DNA from: Spirochaetales bacterium
GTDB taxonomy: Bacteria; Spirochaetota; Spirochaetia; SZUA-6; DRHE01
Direction of reading: 5' to 3'
Assembly: GCA_016935715.1 (NCBI GenBank)
Contig: JAFGQJ010000221.1
Span: forward strand, 1-56,725
Length of the DNA stretch: 56,725 bases
Position 1 is the stretch's first letter. Each line of letters starts with the position of its first letter. This document shows, piece after piece, positions 54,034-56,725 of this stretch. The position numbers and the translations under genes are program-made. A model generated the notes under the pieces. The model had not been told where the DNA came from, made no database searches, and saw only the letters and a program-made list of their open reading frames with translations.

Positions 54034-54875
54034 TAGCCATCGACAGCCAGTGCGAAGCGGTGAGCCGCCTGTTCTCCAAGAAGAGCATCCGGGCCAAGTA
54101 CCCGGTGTACGTGAAGAGTGAAAACCCCATATTCAAGAAGAAGGGGACCTCCTACGACCTGAAAAACCTGCGGGAGTACCAGCCCTCCGACGATTTTCGC
54201 CAGATCGACTGGAAGCTCTACGGGCGCACCGATCGCTTGTATATAAAGGAATTCTTCGAAGAGGAAAACGAGCGTTTTTTCCTCCTCGTGGACACCTCCG
54301 CCTCCCTGAATATCTTCGATCTGGAATACTATAAAACCTTCATCGCCTCGATCGCCTACATCTTTTTGAAGCTTCATTTCACCATCAACCTGCTCGCGTT
54401 CGACTATCGCGTGGTGGACACCTGCATGAACGTCAAGGGCCACAAGAACATCTCGCGGGTCCTCGGTTTTCTCGAGCGGCTGGCCTTCCGGCAGAAATCC
54501 GACCTGGTCTCGGTGCTGAAATCCGTGGGAAACCGCTACCAGCCCGGCACGATCCTGCTGTTTTCCGACTTGTTCGACCGGAACCTGCACCCGCAGACCC
54601 TCTCCCTGTTCCGCCGCTGCTTCGTACTTCATTTCCACACCGCCGTGGAAGAGCTGGACCTCCCGTTTGCCGAAATCGAGATCGAGGACAGGGAGCTGGA
54701 GAAGCGCCTGCTCCTGTCCCACGACCCGTCCAGCCGGCGCAGGATGCTGCGTCTGGAGCGGGAGTTTCTCTCCCGTTTCGACAGGCGGGTTGAGGGTTAT
54801 CACTACTACCGCATCCAGAAGACGGCCGATCGGGTGCCCTTCTACTGGCGGCTTCTCGAGAGCCTCTATGATTAG
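54030..54875 (+). CDS. DUF58 domain protein (VWA-like, MoxR partner)
   Basis: ATGA overlap with the moxR stop. REYQPSDDFRQIDWKLYGRTDRLYIKEF is the DUF58 signature. LVDTSASL. Confidence 0.9.
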   Translation: MIAIDSQCEAVSRLFSKKSIRAKYPVYVKSENPIFKKKGTSYDLKNLREYQPSDDFRQIDWKLYGRTDRLYIKEFFEEENERFFLLVDTSASLNIFDLEYYKTFIASIAYIFLKLHFTINLLAFDYRVVDTCMNVKGHKNISRVLGFLERLAFRQKSDLVSVLKSVGNRYQPGTILLFSDLFDRNLHPQTLSLFRRCFVLHFHTAVEELDLPFAEIEIEDRELEKRLLLSHDPSSRRRMLRLEREFLSRFDRRVEGYHYYRIQKTADRVPFYWRLLESLYD

Positions 54876-56487
54876 CTTTCTCGGCTACTTCTTCCTTCTG
54901 CTGATACCGATCCTGCTGATCCTGATCGTGCGGCTGAGGAGACGCAGGCGGGTGGTATACTCCCACACCTTTCTGCGGTCCTTCGAGGAAAAAAGGCTCC
55001 TGGACTACCTGCTGCGCAACTTCAGGATCTACCACGATGTTCTCTTCGACCTGATCCTGGCCGTGATCCTGGCTCTGTTTCTGGCGCAGGTCATCCGCTT
55101 TACTCCCGACCGGACCGCGGTCTGCATAGACGGCTCCTACTCGATGCTGCGGGAGGACGCCGACGGACGAACAGCGCTGGAGCGGGCGGTCCTCCTGGCG
55201 ACTGCGGGAGAGACGAGCCGGGAGAAGCAGCGCATCTTCCTCCTGGCCTGGGACAAGCGACGCGGGACGACCGGGGTATTCCGTCTCGAAGAGCCGGAGC
55301 TTGCTCCCGGCATCGACGCGGCCGCGCGGAGGCGCATCATTGCAGCATACGCGGATCGACTGAGGGCGAGCCACACCTTTCTCAACGCCGACCCGGCGGC
55401 GCTCCAGGATCTTTTCGACCGGGGCTATCGGCAGGTGATGTTCATCACCGACCGCTTCACGGCAGACAGCACCAATCTTCAGGTCACGGAGGTCGGCTCC
55501 GGCGAACGGTCCTTCTTCTATCCGGCCTCGGTGTACTACGACTTTTCCGCCGCCGGCTTCCGGGTGCTGCTGCAGCGGTTCAACTATGAGAAGCCGATCG
55601 CCGTGCAGCGGTACCTGGAACAGCGCGGCGGCTACGTGGTGATCCAGGCCTCCGAGCAGAGCATCCCGGGCAGTGATCTTTCCCTTCTCGAGATCAGAGA
55701 GGAGGGACTGTACAGGATTCTGGGGCCGGGTTTGGACTACATCTACGACCTGAAGGTTCCCAGGCGGCCGGTAACCGCATCCGGACCGTACTCCAGGATC
55801 ATCGCGGACGTTCTGCCCCAGATCGAGGTGGGGGAATCCAACATCCTGATCGCCGATCTTGCTCTGCAGGTCGAATCACAGCGGGTGCCGGCCGGGCAGA
55901 TCCGCGCGCTGGGCAGACAGAAGCACAGATACATTACCCTGATCCCGGACGGCAACGTACGGACCCTGCCGCTGCTCTATCCTCTGGAGCGCTCCTTCTC
56001 CCAGCCCGCCTACGCCGAGCTGCCGGCTCGCCTGGGGAAGCTGCCGCAGCGGCTCGGAGAATCCACCCGCCTGTTCTTTCAGAATCCGGGACGGACCCGG
56101 GACGACCAGACTCCCCTGGTGTACCTGAGCTACCTGGAGTCCGATCACCCCGTCGAGTTCTCCCGCGACGGACCTCCCGGGTCGCGGGATTGGAAGGAAG
56201 CGGAGGACCGATCCGGCCTCACCTCTCTGGTGTATGTGCGGGGCAGCGACATCCTGCCGGTCAACCTTTCAGCCCGGGAGTTCTTCCCCATTGCCCCGCG
56301 GGGGGATCTCGTGTTCCAGAGGCGCACGGTCAATCCTCTGCCCTGCGTTCTGATCCTGCTCCTGGTTTATCTGGCAAAGATCGTTTTTCTGATGGTTTTT
56401 CGTGCAGGGGGCTCGAAAAAACAAACACGCTCCCGTAATGCAGAACCGGCCGCCCCCGTATGGAGCCGCCGACGATTCCAACGATGA
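54868..56487 (+). CDS. BatA-like protein: N-terminal aerotolerance-regulator-type TM domain plus VWA-like domain
   Basis: The ATG overlaps the DUF58 gene by 8 nt. MISFLGYFFLLLIPILLILIVRLRRRRR and a second TM helix are present, with a DxSxS-like CIDGSYSM. C-terminal TM helix VLILLLVYLAKIVFLMVF. Confidence 0.72.
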   Translation: MISFLGYFFLLLIPILLILIVRLRRRRRVVYSHTFLRSFEEKRLLDYLLRNFRIYHDVLFDLILAVILALFLAQVIRFTPDRTAVCIDGSYSMLREDADGRTALERAVLLATAGETSREKQRIFLLAWDKRRGTTGVFRLEEPELAPGIDAAARRRIIAAYADRLRASHTFLNADPAALQDLFDRGYRQVMFITDRFTADSTNLQVTEVGSGERSFFYPASVYYDFSAAGFRVLLQRFNYEKPIAVQRYLEQRGGYVVIQASEQSIPGSDLSLLEIREEGLYRILGPGLDYIYDLKVPRRPVTASGPYSRIIADVLPQIEVGESNILIADLALQVESQRVPAGQIRALGRQKHRYITLIPDGNVRTLPLLYPLERSFSQPAYAELPARLGKLPQRLGESTRLFFQNPGRTRDDQTPLVYLSYLESDHPVEFSRDGPPGSRDWKEAEDRSGLTSLVYVRGSDILPVNLSAREFFPIAPRGDLVFQRRTVNPLPCVLILLLVYLAKIVFLMVFRAGGSKKQTRSRNAEPAAPVWSRRRFQR

Positions 56488-56503
56488 TCGAGGAGATTTC
56501 CTG

Positions 56504-56725
56504 ATGACCACGCACCATCCCAAACCGATAGCCGAGCTCCCGGCGCAGCTGTGCCGGAATCTGAAGATCCTCTTCTGCGACATCGACGACACCATCACGG
56601 AAGACGGGCTTTTGACCTCCGAGTCGTACGGAGCGCTATGGCGGCTTCACGAGGCGGGGATCGAAGTGGTGCCGGTTACCGGGCGTCCGGCGGGCTGGTG
56701 CGACCACATCGCCCGCATGTGGCCG
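56504..56725 (+). CDS. HAD-superfamily (IIB/Cof-like) hydrolase, N-terminal part (3' end outside window)
   Basis: The ATG at 56504 opens a frame reading LFCDIDDTITEDG (DxDxT motif I) and VVPVTGRP (motif II). Confidence 0.78.
   Translation, partial: MTTHHPKPIAELPAQLCRNLKILFCDIDDTITEDGLLTSESYGALWRLHEAGIEVVPVTGRPAGWCDHIARMWP

Noticed and set aside
1-56725. CRISPR arrays, rRNA genes, IS elements with terminal inverted repeats, and large tandem repeats.
   Set aside because: No regularly spaced direct repeats, no rRNA-like conserved blocks and no transposase ORFs were seen by eye. Coding density leaves no gap larger than about 250 bp.

Overview
GC-rich chromosomal segment (strong GC3 bias and many long spurious antisense ORFs) from what looks like an anaerobic bacterium. 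The gene content is NrdR/NrdD/NrdG, a flavodiiron protein, Na+-NQR, a cyclophilin-FKBP fusion and a Bat-like MoxR/DUF58/VWA cluster. This resembles free-living spirochaetes, but that assignment is inference only. About 60 tightly packed genes can be supported. Housekeeping genes are valS (3' end), clpB, aspS, mutY, aat and nrdRDG. Transport genes are a TctABC tricarboxylate-type system, an Fe/siderophore-type ABC importer next to a Fur-family regulator, and an Opp/Dpp-type peptide ABC system. Energy and redox genes are nqrBCDEF, FprA, a rhodanese and a nitroreductase. Regulators are an ECF sigma with a putative anti-sigma, PadR, Fur-like and NrdR. There are two toxin-antitoxin pairs: RHH-MNT/HEPN and UPF0175/PIN-like. 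The most interesting observations are listed here. (1) A roughly 2-kb lower-GC islet sits inside or next to the sirtuin gene cobB. It is bounded by 14-bp direct repeats and carries a decayed Xer-like integrase with in-frame stops, a TA pair, a perfect 11-6-11 dif-like palindrome and a displaced cobB fragment. (2) A bacterial cereblon-type CULT domain gene lies directly behind clpB. (3) A PadR-headed operon combines a leaderless Cys-type sulfatase, a DUF3604-like metallohydrolase, an MLE-type enolase-superfamily enzyme and TctCBA. (4) The NQR operon lacks nqrA and has an RnfD-like short NqrB. (5) A nine-gene translationally coupled MoxR/DUF58/VWA cluster contains a PrsW-like protease and several uncharacterised membrane proteins. 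No CRISPR array, rRNA or tRNA was recognised.
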